Positions 25,931 through 37,684 are shown, numbered from the whole stretch's first letter. The stretch: DNA of 60,897 nt, filler included, from Piptocephalis cylindrospora (GCA_003614145.1; 13 parts of 13 records of this genome joined end to end with filler, not necessarily neighbours in it), one strand, 5' to 3'. Program-made: numbers and translations. The notes: generated from the sequence alone by a model not told the origin.

Positions 25931-26275
25931 AGGGAAAAAGTAGATTAGCATGCAGATGGGGGGAGAGGGGGGGGTACACGCATGACCCAAAAGAAGTGGT
26001 CATTGCATGCAAATACACACACCCATCGCCAGAGCATTTGCTTCGTGTTGTCGTTATGGCATGGGAAAGACCGTATGATGATATTGCTGTTGATCCTAAT
26101 CGGTGTGACCTTGGGTGACATAATCCCCCCCTCGAACACACATGACCCTTCTCCCTGCCTTAGAAACGAATCAATCCAACACAGACATGATGTCCAAAAG
26201 GAAAATAAAAAAAAAGGCTTTTTCAAAGATAATGTACACAGCAACAGGAGCAAAGGATCATCACAAGGCCACACA

Positions 26276-27517
26276 TCACGTCGGGGTAGACTCATGAGAG
26301 ATGGTGGAGTGGGAGGTCCTGGATCTTAGAGGGTCCGAGGGGTTGACTGAACGTTGCGAGGTGGCCATGGGGATCATCTCTGGATGCTGACGGGGGAAAT
26401 GGGAGGTGGATGTGGCCATGTTGACCACGACGTCCTGGGGGGTCGCCGTTTGGGCGGCATGGACCACCTGCATCCTCTCGACGTCGGAGCTTACCTCGGG
26501 AAGAGAGGGGGCATCAGAGAAGCGTCGACCAATACGACTGCCCTCCCCGACAAAGCCGCCGGTCCAGGGACCGACATCGACGACAAGTCTCCAGTCCTGT
26601 TCAGCCGCGTAGACCCGACCATTGGGGGCGTGGAGACGACGAAGCCAGTGGATACCCTCGACGTATCTCCAGTGCCACCGAACAAAATAAAAGGAGCCGA
26701 TGGTGCAATAGACGGCGACGAGGACATCGACGGTGTAGTGGGCACGGTTAGCGACGATGATCATGCCTCCGGCAAAGGCACCACAGAACATGAGGAAGGT
26801 ACCGAGCATCCACCCGCGACCACGGGGAGCATAGGTGAACCAGATAAGGGCAGAGATGACATAGAGGATGGTGTGGCCCGAGAACATGCAATCACCACAC
26901 CGATGGAGGGGGGCATTACCAAAAGGATCACCCGAGTGCTTGATGCACCCGGGTCTCGGGTCGGGAAAGGAGGTGATGGCGACGGTGGTGATGCGGAGCA
27001 AGTTGGTGAGGAGCATGGCAGCCACCGACTTGATCACGACCAGAAGCGGGGCGGGACGGGTGAGGGCCAGGACAAAGGCAAAGACGAGGAGGACGTAGTC
27101 GAAAAAGTCGGTGAGCCACAGAGCCTCAATCTTGGGGATGCCGTCGAATCCGGCGTCTGGGAGGATGGGGTAGATGGTGTTGTCGGGGGACCGATTGGAT
27201 GCTACATTGGCCATGACATTCATGAAAAAGTAGGAAATGCCAAAGATGACAAAGAAGCTCAGAAGGAAGAGGGCTGAGGGCAGGTCTAGATCATAGTGTG
27301 TGTGGAACCAGTGAAGACACCAATTCAGGCCCTTTCTCGAAGGGGGAAGTTGGGAAGCGGTGAGGGTAGGGTCTGGGTTCTTTTCCGTCCCTGGGGAAGG
27401 AGCATCCGAGTTGACGAGTGTGGGTCCACCCTGGTTGGGAGGAAGCGGGGTGGAGGAGGACACAGAGGCCAGGTCCTCGTCAGCGGCTTGTTTGACTGGG
27501 ATGGTGGCCGTGGACAT
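26276..27517 (-). CDS. Sphingomyelin synthase-family (PAP2-like C-terminal domain) phosphosphingolipid synthase
   Basis: Multi-pass TM protein with SMS motifs LPDAGF (D1), LRITTVAITSFP (D2), CGDCMFSGHT (D3) and HYTVDV (D4). ATG at 27517. Confidence 0.85.
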   Translation of the reverse strand: MSTATIPVKQAADEDLASVSSSTPLPPNQGGPTLVNSDAPSPGTEKNPDPTLTASQLPPSRKGLNWCLHWFHTHYDLDLPSALFLLSFFVIFGISYFFMNVMANVASNRSPDNTIYPILPDAGFDGIPKIEALWLTDFFDYVLLVFAFVLALTRPAPLLVVIKSVAAMLLTNLLRITTVAITSFPDPRPGCIKHSGDPFGNAPLHRCGDCMFSGHTILYVISALIWFTYAPRGRGWMLGTFLMFCGAFAGGMIIVANRAHYTVDVLVAVYCTIGSFYFVRWHWRYVEGIHWLRRLHAPNGRVYAAEQDWRLVVDVGPWTGGFVGEGSRIGRRFSDAPSLPEVSSDVERMQVVHAAQTATPQDVVVNMATSTSHFPRQHPEMIPMATSQRSVNPSDPLRSRTSHSTISHESTPT

Positions 27518-27548
27518 GTTGACTTGAGAAGGGAAAGGGAGAGAGGGA

Positions 27549-28136
27549 GGGGGCATTACCAAAAGGATCACCCGAGTGCTTGATGCACCCGGGTCTCGGG
27601 TCGGGAAAGGAGGTGATGGCGACGGTGGTGATGCGGAGCAAGTTGGTGAGGAGCATGGCAGCCACCGACTTGATCACGACCAGAAGCGGGGCGGGACGGG
27701 TGAGGGCCAGGACAAAGGCAAAGACGAGGAGGACGTAGTCGAAAAAGTCGGTGAGCCACAGAGCCTCAATCTTGGGGATGCCGTCGAATCCGGCGTCTGG
27801 GAGGATGGGGTAGATGGTGTTGTCGGGGGACCGATTGGATGCTACATTGGCCATGACATTCATGAAAAAGTAGGAAATGCCAAAGATGACAAAGAAGCTC
27901 AGAAGGAAGAGGGCTGAGGGCAGGTCTAGATCATAGTGTGTGTGGAACCAGTGAAGACACCAATTCAGGCCCTTTCTCGAAGGGGGAAGTTGGGAAGCGG
28001 TGAGGGTAGGGTCTGGGTTCTTTTCCGTCCCTGGGGAAGGAGCATCCGAGTTGACGAGTGTGGGTCCACCCTGGTTGGGAGGAAGCGGGGTGGAGGAGGA
28101 CACAGAGGCCAGGTCCTCGTCAGCGGCTTGTTTGAC
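27549..28136. repeat. Direct duplicate (588 bp) of 26909..27496, the 5' half of the SMS-family gene
   Basis: Appears identical at offset 640. The copy lacks the ATG and the D3/D4 catalytic motifs. Confidence 0.95.
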
Positions 28137-28413
28137 AGGGAAGGTGAGCTTGATGCAACCCTCGTCCCACCATGATTCATTGACCCTGGAANNNNNNNNN
28201 NNNNNNNNNNNNNNNNNNNNNNNNNNNNNNNNNNNTTAATTAATTAANNNNNNNNNNNNNNNNNNNNNNNNNNNNNNNNNNNNNNNNNNNNGTGAGCCAC
28301 CTGTGGGTCTTCTCTCTCGTGCACGATGGACAAAGAGAGGAAATTGATACCACACCTCCCCCCCCCCCCCCCCCCCCCCCCATTGCCATGTTCCTCTCCC
28401 CTCTTCGCCCTAC

Positions 28414-28931
28414 ATGATAAACCGTGCCACCGCCACTTTGACGTCGGATTAATGGAACATTGAACGTATCAAGAGCTGGGACATCACACTCGATCCACGG
28501 GTTCTACAGCACGTGGAGAGTGAGCAAGGCCTCTACGATGAGGAGGTCGATCGTCCACTCTACCTGATTGCGACCAAGGACAATGGCTGGTCGATTGCGA
28601 TAAAGGAAGAGCTTATCCGTCGGTTCAGGCACATCACGAAGTAACCTGAGGGCGAACGAGTGAGTTAGTAAAAGGGAGGGTAAGGATGAGAGCTTGAGGC
28701 CACTGACCATTCCTCAAAGGCCAAGTTGGTCCATGGGTCTGTGCTGTGGGAGATATAGCACTGAGGAGGCGGTGTTGAGGTCGACGTGGTCAATCCACGT
28801 TTATAGCGTGAAGCGACGCGGTGGAGCGTAGGGACAAGCGTGCTCCAACACCCTCGTCTTTGCCCAGATGCCTGACAACGTGAGGCCAAGGAAGTCAGCA
28901 CAAAGGAACCCACTTTGCTTCGGGGGAGCAT
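28414..28931 (-). CDS. Lipoate-protein ligase A / lipoyltransferase (Aim22/LIPT1-like), 3'-partial; join(28931..28708,28645..28564,28503..28414)
   Basis: SHSTDPWTNLAFEEW, LFLYRNRPAIVLGRNQ|NPW and RRQSGGGTVYH motifs. Basic, Ser-rich N-terminus resembling a mitochondrial presequence. Confidence 0.9.
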
Positions 28932-29719
28932 GGTGAAGAATGAGCCAAAGTGAAGCAGGGCAGGAAGAGGGTACAGATAAAAGAGCACTTTGGTCTCCCA
29001 AATGATCGACCTTGGCGGTCCCTGATAGCCAGGGAAAAGGCCGGCTCTGCATGTGCTACATTGCCTACCCCAAACTTTACAGGTTGGATGAAATCACACG
29101 AAACATTATCCAAATATGTGCAGCGATTCGCAATATTCATTTTGTACTGTCCAGGTCTTTTTATGAACCGTTTGAATCCTCCCTTTCCCTAAAAACCTGT
29201 GGAGGGGGATAGATCCGAGGTCACCTTTTATAGGTACGAATTAGACCCTGGATCCTACTTTTATCCATCTAGAGAGATGATCCTTAGTACTAGACAGACT
29301 GGAGTTGGAGGTTTTGACCTGGCTCATGTCATAGGAGTAAGCTTTTGATCCAACCTTGACTAGGCCTTTCAGAGAATATTTGGCGGATCTCTAGTGTCTT
29401 CCATATCCAGCATATTGAAACGACACCATAAAGACAGAGTGCGTTTTGGTCCATGGACACTCACAAGTCCTAGGAGGAATAAGGTTCTCATATTCAGAGA
29501 CATAGAGTCAGAGTCGGCGTTGAATATATATTCGGAAGCCTGAGAGTAAATTCACTAGTATCTCTATACTTGACACTCACTGGCCCTTAATTACCACACA
29601 CTCTCTCTCCGCTCCCACCACGGCAGCTCTCGCTTATCCCCTTCCTCTTCCTCCTTCACTTCACTCCATCCCCCCACTCCCCCACCTTCCCCCTCAGCCT
29701 GTTCCCCTCCTTCGCCATC

Positions 29720-30370
29720 ATGCGTCTCTCCTCCTTCACCGTGTTTGTCACCGCACCTCTGGTCCTTCTGGCTGTCGGTGCCTTTGCCAAGGATCCCGTG
29801 GTAACTGATCGTGTGTACTTTGACATCCATCAAGGAGACAAGAACCTTGGACGCGTGATTATTGATTTGTATGGAGAGGTTGTGCCAAAGACCGTCGAGA
29901 ATTTCCGTCTTCTCGCCACTGGGGAGAAAGGTTATGGTTACAAGGGCAGCCCATTCCACCGAGTCATCGACGACTTTATGATTCAAGGTGGTGATTTCAC
30001 TAACGAGGATGGCACGGGCGGCAAGTCCATCTACGGAGATAAGTTTAAGGATGAGAACTTTGACCTTAAGCACACTGGACCCGGCATCCTCTCCATGGCC
30101 AATGCCGGAAAGGATACCAATGGATCTCAGTTCTTCATCACGACCGTTACCACCTCCTGGCTCGATGGCAAGCACGTCGTTTTTGGCAAGGTCTCTGACT
30201 CTGACAGCATGAAGGTGGTTAAGGCCATTGAGAAAACCCCGACGACTTATGACAAGCCCAATGAGAAAGTTTTCATTTATGAGTCTGGGGTACTGCCCAC
30301 CGAGGAGACTCTCGACAACCAAGGTACTGAACAGGAAGAGGATAAGGAGCCTCATGGTGCTGAGCTCTAA
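29720..30370 (+). CDS. PPIB: Peptidyl-prolyl cis-trans isomerase B (ER cyclophilin, PPIB/Cpr5-like)
   Basis: Signal peptide; [41 protein letters not shown] and [11 protein letters not shown]-terminus GAEL. Confidence 0.95.
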   Translation: MRLSSFTVFVTAPLVLLAVGAFAKDPVVTDRVYFDIHQGDKNLGRVIIDLYGEVVPKTVENFRLLATGEKGYGYKGSPFHRVIDDFMIQGGDFTNEDGTGGKSIYGDKFKDENFDLKHTGPGILSMANAGKDTNGSQFFITTVTTSWLDGKHVVFGKVSDSDSMKVVKAIEKTPTTYDKPNEKVFIYESGVLPTEETLDNQGTEQEEDKEPHGAEL

Positions 30371-31995
30371 GCGAGTGCCATATAGCGCAAAGGGATGGGA
30401 AGTTACCTATCCGTCTCCCATTACGGTGGCGACACCAGGATTTAAAACGGGAAGGATGATCATGTGGTGAATGAAAGGGAAATACAAGAGACTCTGTGGT
30501 GCACTTGTCTGTGGTGGAAAGGCTAGATCCTCCTCCTCCTGCTTCCTCCTCTTCTCCTCCTTTCACTGACCCATTTCTTCCCATATATCGCCTCTCATTC
30601 TATCATTATTATAGGTGCACAGACGAGAACATATATTCATAACCAAGCCCAAAGCCTAAGTGGAGACAAAGCGCAGGCCGTGGCCAATGCCATCCAGGCT
30701 CTGTAGGGCACCGGGCGGCCTAGAATGGAGATGGGAAGGAGGGAGGAGAAAGAGAGAGTAAGCATTGCTGGCTATACTGAAGGAATAAGTATTTCATCGG
30801 TTACAGAGAGTGAGATGAAAGTGGAATGTATTGGATAATCAATCGACGTGATCTACGGCAGTCGTCAGGCCCATCGAAGAAGAGATGGCAAGGAGGGATA
30901 TAGCAGTAAACGAGTACTGGTTATGTCGTCAGTAAGCAATACGGACAAATGTTGGTTATGTGCACGGATACTCTGGGAGGCACACTTGGAGGATGGGACG
31001 TATAAGGAGGACCTAAGTCCTGTCCTTGTACGAATTAAACAGGCCTAGGAAAGAGGATGAGCTGTCGCCAAAGCCCTGAATGGAAAAAATACCGTTAGGG
31101 ACGGGATGGCCTTGGACATTCACGGCAAGCAGTATGGTGATGAGGCAGACACGGGCGATAGACATGACGAAGGGGAATGGAAGAGGCCTTGAAGCGCCTT
31201 GAGCAAGAGTGATGGCGTGGAGGAGTATCGTACAGACAAGAGTCGGGCAAGGAGGATCGTGAGGCCAGAGCGGAGGAGAGAACGGAAAGAGGGAGTGAGG
31301 AGAGTGTGTGAGAGCAGAAACGGGATGATGGGAATGGACAAGGCTTGGGGAAGGACGGCCTTTTATACCTTGGTCAGCCCACTCTCCCCCTTTTTTTAGG
31401 ACGATCTAGGATATTCAAGGGAAAGGGCAACGCGAGGATGGGGGAGAGGATGAAAGGGACCATTCAGCTGACCAAAGTGCATTTCCTTGAGTGTGGGATG
31501 GAGGGAGAAGGGGCAATAAGAGAATGGCTTTAGGAAGTCGTCCTCGTGATAAACTTACCCCGCATGCGGCCTGGGGACGAATCACGATATGACCCTTCCC
31601 TCTGGCGAATACTCCGACTGCCTTAGTATTGTTAGTTCCAGCAACTTTGCCTATCTCATCTCATCACACCCCATCAACCCTTGTACATGCCCTGGCTATG
31701 GCACCATGCAGAAGGGAGCGGGTTGGAAGGTTCCCAGGGCATGATTGTTTCCATGGGCATTGACAAGCCGCTCTTCCTTTCTTGGGGCCACTGCATATCC
31801 CACCTGTGCCATATCGCCGGAGAATTTCGTGATCCGGAGCAAACGCGCCCGGCCCACACCCACGTGCCCATTCCTCGAGCAGCCTATGGGTTCAAGGAAA
31901 TGGATCCAAAAGATGACTAATGCACTTTGCCCTCCACAAATCTGGGACTGCATACTTAGTTGCATCCCCAAGGGGTCACTAGCAAAGTGGAAAAA

Positions 31996-32068
31996 TGATC
32001 GTACCAGGGATCGAACCTGGAATCTTCCGCTCCGTAGGCGGACGCCTTATCCATTGGGCCATACGACC
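31996..32068 (-). tRNA. tRNA-Arg(ACG)
   Basis: Reverse complement GGTCGTATGGCCCAATGGATAAGGCGTCCGCCTACGGAGCGGAAGATTCCAGGTTCGATCCCTGGTACGATCA folds as a cloverleaf with anticodon ACG. Followed by a T5 Pol III terminator. Confidence 0.96.
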
Positions 32069-32732
32069 AGTATTTTTTATCATATTTTTTGTCCCCCTTA
32101 CTGTAAATGTCTATATATGGACTCCTCGCCTTTTGATTTAACATATTTCGCACTAGCATATTTCATATCGTCATAATTATGTAATTTACTATGATTTTGA
32201 ATAAATGTTTATTAAATATGCAAGAAAGAATGTGTCATTATCTCGTTCGAGGAGGCGTCCTGACAGATGACTCACTTCAAACTCCTTCAATGGGCTTAAT
32301 GTTCTAGAACACAAGATATACTACTCCATGTGTATTTATTGTAAAGCATTTTCGATGATAATCCGATATTTAATAAAATAGACACATTAACAGGCATCTA
32401 TTTGCTTTTTGGGATATATATTATTATTATTAATGTGTTAAGATAGGTTAAAACAATACATAGCTATCTGCGCCATTGTGTGAGCAGTTTTACGGTAGGA
32501 GCGAAAGATGAACTTCTTTTGAACTAAACTATAAGTTATGCAATGAATCACTTATAAAGAGGTCTAAGGGATTGTTGTGTTGTAAATGGAGATCTGAATC
32601 TCACGATGGAATTAGAAGGGCTTGAAATTTGGTCTTGGAAATCTTAATCAGGGTTTGGCTTTCTTTATCTTGAGGAATCTTGGATTAGCATAAAGAGATC
32701 TGGAACACTTTGATTAAGAAGGTCTATGATCC

Positions 32733-32882
32733 TGTTGGGTAGCGCCTACTATGCACAAAGGAGTGCTTATCATGACCCCGTCCCTCCCTTAACCATGCAC
32801 TACAAAGGGCAAGGACACCCTTGAGCCCCATGCAACATTATCCTTATTCTACATGAGAACTTCAGCCCGATCCTTGTTCAAG
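32733..32882. repeat. Dispersed repeat, identical to 51172..51321; LTR-like terminus, cut by the contig end
   Basis: 150-bp match beginning TGTTGGGTAGCGCC, with unrelated flanks upstream of the TG. Confidence 0.85.
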
Positions 32883-33929
32883 NNNNNNNNNNNNNNNNNN
32901 NNNNNNNNNNNNNNNNNNNNNNNNNNTTAATTAATTAANNNNNNNNNNNNNNNNNNNNNNNNNNNNNNNNNNNNNNNNNNNNGGAAGAGGATGATTCGGA
33001 AGAGCTGGCTAATGTGCGTGCATGCTGTGATGGCAAGCATGATGTGGGAAAATTCCTTAGTGGAGGGGACAAGCCTTCCTTGCCCTAGTGTGGCCCCTTC
33101 CCTCTATGAAGCATGAGGGGTAAGAGACGGGTGGGACCATAAATCGTGTCTACATTACCCCTGCTCTAAAGGAAGGGAGGGTACACTGGCAAAATTCACA
33201 GCCATAGCCCCCTTACCACCCTTTTCTCTATTCCGATCATACTATATATTTGATTCTTTCGTTTCTGATTATATATTTATATATATTTGAATGGAAGCAC
33301 GCTTACTTGAATTGATATTTCGTTATTTACTACTACGCTCACAGATTGAGGGGAGGGATGTAATGCGGAAAGAGATGCTATTTGCCCAAGACGGTTAGTC
33401 ATATCGCACAGAATCACAGAAACTATGACCGCTATCTCCCACTCCCTTTTTGTTACACCTCCCAGATGAGACTGTTTGACTGAGACACCACACAGGTCAA
33501 GCGCACACCATTTCATATTCCATAGTTTAGAGTGACCTCCAGCCACGCTCATTAGTGGATTGGCGAATTACGAACTGTTATCAGTAGCTACTCTCGATGA
33601 GACATGTGCACTAATTACCTCGTCTCCTCATTTGATTCATATTTCCGGCCTGAACGTGTCGCTTCATTACTTTTTTACACTGGTCCCTGAGCACCAGCTC
33701 CCACCCACTTGCTTAGTCGTCGATATAGGCGAAACATATTTATTCTCTCTATTGTATTCCATCCTTGGTTGCATTCTGGAGATATAGTATAGAAAGAATG
33801 AACTGGCGTATAAAGCGAAGAAGTGCAGAACCAGTACCACCCCTCTACATAATACTCCTGTTCTATCCTTTCTGAATATTCATTCACTCTTATCCTTTCC
33901 ATACTACTACCACAATCACACCACTCATT

Positions 33930-34965
33930 ATGCCTACTTCCTCTGACCCCATCAAGCTGTACATTGTGTACTACACCACCTGGCTTCATGTCCACGAGCT
34001 TGCTCTCGCCATTCAGCGCGGTGCTCAAAAGGTTCCTGGCCTCGAGGTGAAACTCTTCCAGATTGCCGAGACTCTTCCCGATGCCGGTATGTACTTTGCC
34101 TCCTAGGATAGAAGGGCATGTGATCAGGGTCTTTGTGAAGATCATAAATTTGATAGCCATATTCACCCCTCTTCATCTCTACCTGAAAAAAGCACTGGAA
34201 AAGATGTATGCTCCGGCCAAACCAGATGTCCCTATCCTCCAGCCCAATGACATTGCCGAAGCCGATGGATTCCTCTTTGGTATCCCTACCCGGTATGGTA
34301 ATATGCCTACTCAAGTCAAGGCCTTTTGGGATGCTACGGGCTCCCTTTGGCAAAAGGGCGCTCTAGTCGGCAAGATGGCCGGTACTTTCTTCTCTACTTC
34401 CTCCCAACATGGTGGACAAGAGACGACGGCCTTTACCCTTCTCACTACCCTTGTTCATCATGGCATGATCTACGTCCCTCTTGGATACTCTACCCCCCTT
34501 CTCCTGGATAATGATATGCCCAATGGTGGATCGGCCTACGGAGCCGGGACACTCAGCAATCCTGATGGTTCCCGTGCCGTCTCGGCGCATGAGAAGAGTA
34601 TTGGCGAGTTCCAAGGGGAGTCCTTTGCTAAGACCTTAAAGGCCTACGCCGACGGTCGTCGTGGGGTTTCCTCCTCCATTGCCTCGACTGCCCCCCCCGT
34701 TGCTTCATCCACCAATGATGGTACTAATGCCGCTGCCAGCGGCGCGCCTGTGCCTTCTGCGGAAAACCCTACAGCTCCCGCAACCACCCCTGGGGATGCC
34801 ACCAGTGACAATGGCGCCATCCCTGCCGATACCACCGGCCAGCCCGCTCCTCAGGCTACCGACTCTACGGCTGCGGTCAACGATGCCAATGATCCTAACG
34901 CCGTTAGTGCCGGTCGAAAGCCGAGTTTCGGAAAGCGCTTGAGTAGCTTCTTGAACAAATTTTAA
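33930..34965 (+). CDS. Flavodoxin-like NAD(P)H:quinone oxidoreductase (WrbA/Pst2/Ycp4 family); join(33930..34086,34193..34965)
   Basis: FQIAETL, ADGFLFGIPTRYGNMP, FWDATGSLW, QHGGQETT, HHGMIYVPLGY and GGSAYGAGT. Low-complexity C-terminal tail. Confidence 0.93.
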
Positions 34966-35679
34966 TCTGGCCATGCTTATGGAATGGTGACTACTGCTGC
35001 TTGGATTTATATGCGAAGTGCTTATTCAATAGAATAACTCTTTGTCGAATACTCTTGGTGTATGAATTGGAGTATTCCATACATAATCTTTAATGATATT
35101 TTATCTTCGAATTATCCAAACCCAAAGTCCTGGTGAGAGCTCATTACCAAGAGAGGGGATGGAAGGGTAAACAGGGAACCCCATTAAAAGGATGGCCGCT
35201 TGTCTGTCCAGGCTCTCATCCCCATGAGGATATAAGCAACCAAAATGCACCAGGGAGACTTATCATCGTGAATTTTTGTCGAGAAATTCGAACCTATAAT
35301 TTTACTTTTTTTGTCGGTTTGTGCTCAAGGCAGTGAGAAAACAAGAGATGTTACTGGTGTGGTAGTATAATAGTGTGGTAGGTCCTGCACATTTACCATC
35401 CTATCTGCTCCCCCCTTATACTATTACTGCTACGCGTATCGCACGGAATGTGCGTCTTGAGAGAGTAAAAAAGAAATAAAAAAAGTACTCACCACATAAT
35501 CCAGCTTAGCTTGAGGCCTTGGGGGCGACCTCATCAAAGGGATCATCACCCTCACAGCCCGGCTTTGAAGTCCCCCCCCACCCCCCTCTCCCTCTTTCCT
35601 TTTTACTCATCCATTGCTCACTTATTCCCAGCGCTCACGCTACCCTCTCTCCCTTCCTCCTTTTCCTTTCTTTCCGGCA

Positions 35680-36769
35680 ATGACTGACAAGGCTCCCGAG
35701 ACCACAGGTCTCACCAGTAAGGATTACTACTTTGACTCGTATGCCCATTTCGGTAAGCGTCTTCTTCTAATTGGTGTAGTGCTTTTTCCTCATCCACTCA
35801 TCCCTTTTTATTCTTTCCCCTCCCTTTTTGACAGGCATCCACGAGGAGATGCTCAAGGATGAGGTTCGTACCACCTCCTATCGGAACGCCATCTACCTCA
35901 GCAAACATCTTTTCAAGGACAAGGTCGTCCTAGATGTCGGGTGTGGCACTGGAATCCTCAGTATGTTTGCCGCCTCATGCGGCGCCAAGCATGTGTACGG
36001 GGTGGACATGAGCAACATCATTGACCAAGCACGGATCATCGTTGCCGATAACAATCTCACCGACCGCATTACCCTGATCAAGGGCAAGGTGGAGGAAGTT
36101 GAGTTGCCGGTGAAGGAGGTTGACATTATCATCTCCGAGTGGATGGGCTACTTTCTCCTATATGAGTCCATGCTCGACACGGTACTCGTGGCCAGGGATC
36201 GGTGGCTCGCTAAGGACGGTCTCATCTTCCCGGATAAGGCGGTCATGCACATCGCCTCCATCGAGGATGGCCAGTACCGGGAAGAGAAGATTGACTTTTG
36301 GGATAACGTGTATGGCTTCAAGATGACCTCCATTCGAGATGCGGCCCTCAAGGAGCCTCTGGTGGATGTGGTTGATCCCTCCAACGTCAACTCGTCCGCC
36401 TCGGCCTTTAAGGAGATCGACATCTTGACGGTGACTAAGGAAGACCTCGCCTTCACAGCCCCTTTCCGCATTACGTCCAACCGGGATGATTACGTGCACG
36501 CCTTTATCGCCTGGTTTGACATTGTCTTTAGCGCTTGCCACAAGCCCATCCACTTTAGCACTGGGCCCGCTGCCAAGTACACCCACTGGAAGCAAACTGT
36601 ATTCTACACCCCGGATGCCATGGTTGTCGAGGCCGGCGACGTCATTGAAGGCTCCATCACTTGCAAGCCTAATACTGACAATCCCCGGGACCTGGACATT
36701 GACATTTCCTACGAGCATGAGGGAAAGGCCGGTACTACCAAGGAGAGTGTCCGGTACAAGATGAACTAG
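35680..36769 (+). CDS. HMT1: Protein arginine N-methyltransferase 1; join(35680..35752,35835..36769)
   Basis: DYYFDSYAHFGIHEEMLKD, VLDVGCGTGILS, double-E loop IISEWMGYFLLYE and THW loop YTHWKQT. Confidence 0.96.
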
Positions 36770-36972
36770 AGGAGGATTTGAGCAGGAAATGGTATTTGGT
36801 AGTAGCGCACGCATGTGTATGTGATCGTCCTTTTCTTTCGTGGAGAGGTAATACCAATTATCGTGTGTCATCCTTGATCTCTTTGTCCTTGTGTTTTATC
36901 ACTAGAAACGTATAAGCAAGCAATCTCTCCTCAAGGTTTGATGAGACAAAAAAAGAAAAAATAATCCTGCAA

Positions 36973-37044
36973 AGGAGCGTCACGGAGTTGAACCATGGAC
37001 CTATCGATCTGCAGTCGATTGCTCTACCACTGAGCTAACGCTCC
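36973..37044 (-). tRNA. tRNA-Cys(GCA)
   Basis: Reverse complement GGAGCGTTAGCTCAGTGGTAGAGCAATCGACTGCAGATCGATAGGTCCATGGTTCAACTCCGTGACGCTCCT forms a 72-nt cloverleaf with anticodon GCA and a U73 discriminator. Confidence 0.96.
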
Positions 37045-37100
37045 ATTTTTTTACGAAAAATGACAAGATATTTATAAAATAGGTTTAGTATCTATAAATA

Positions 37101-37573
37101 CTATTTTAACCCATTTTTGCCGTATCTATACGATGGGGCAGAGTTGTACCCACCCTCCCAACTAAAGACTTTCCCCTTCCCTCTGTTTCTTTCCATCTTA
37201 CCTGTCATCCCGCTCCCTTCCCCTAGCCCCCCAAACTCCTCCGCCACGCCCTCCAGTACCTTCTCGGACGGCACATCCCCAAAGTCTGGAACAGGCACAC
37301 CATGAAAACGCAAAAATTCCTTTTGCACAAACTTATCCTGGATCGTCCGTAAGGCCCAAGGCCCTGGGCGTACCGGAGTTCCCGCGGCCTCCACCTCCTC
37401 CAGGGCGTCTACATTCACATGCTCAATCTCCACAGTTAGCACGTCCACGCCCTTGGCCAAGGACTTGATGGCCTCGGCATCTTTAAACGACCCAGCCAAA
37501 TGAGGAGTGGGTGGGCAAGGGAGGAGTTGCTTGGCTGGGGATAGGGCTCCAGGGTCAAGGACCGTGACGGGGA
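37101..37573 (-). pseudogene. ADE2: AIR carboxylase (Ade2/PurK domain) fragment; 5' end cut by the contig edge, 3' end truncated inside the contig
   Basis: SPAKQ, GSFKD, DVLTVEIEHVN and IQDKFVQKEFL motifs. Similarity stops near 37230 (EEFG), with no downstream ATP-grasp or PurE sequence before the tRNA. Confidence 0.7.
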
Positions 37574-37684
37574 NNNNNNNNNNNNNNNNNNNNNNNNNNN
37601 NNNNNNNNNNNNNNNNNTTAATTAATTAANNNNNNNNNNNNNNNNNNNNNNNNNNNNNNNNNNNNNNNNNNNNCCTTTCTCACC

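Noticed and set aside
24998..25990. Long antisense ORFs (330 aa here; also 3576-4499, 612-1475, 26354-27277, 29591-30355, 36158-36871)
   Set aside because: Shadow frames of genes with strong codon bias; no independent motifs.
31549..31660. U1 snRNA-like start (AAACTTACC...ATCACGA)
   Set aside because: No convincing stem-loops, U1A loop or Sm site; would need a cmsearch hit against the Rfam U1 model.
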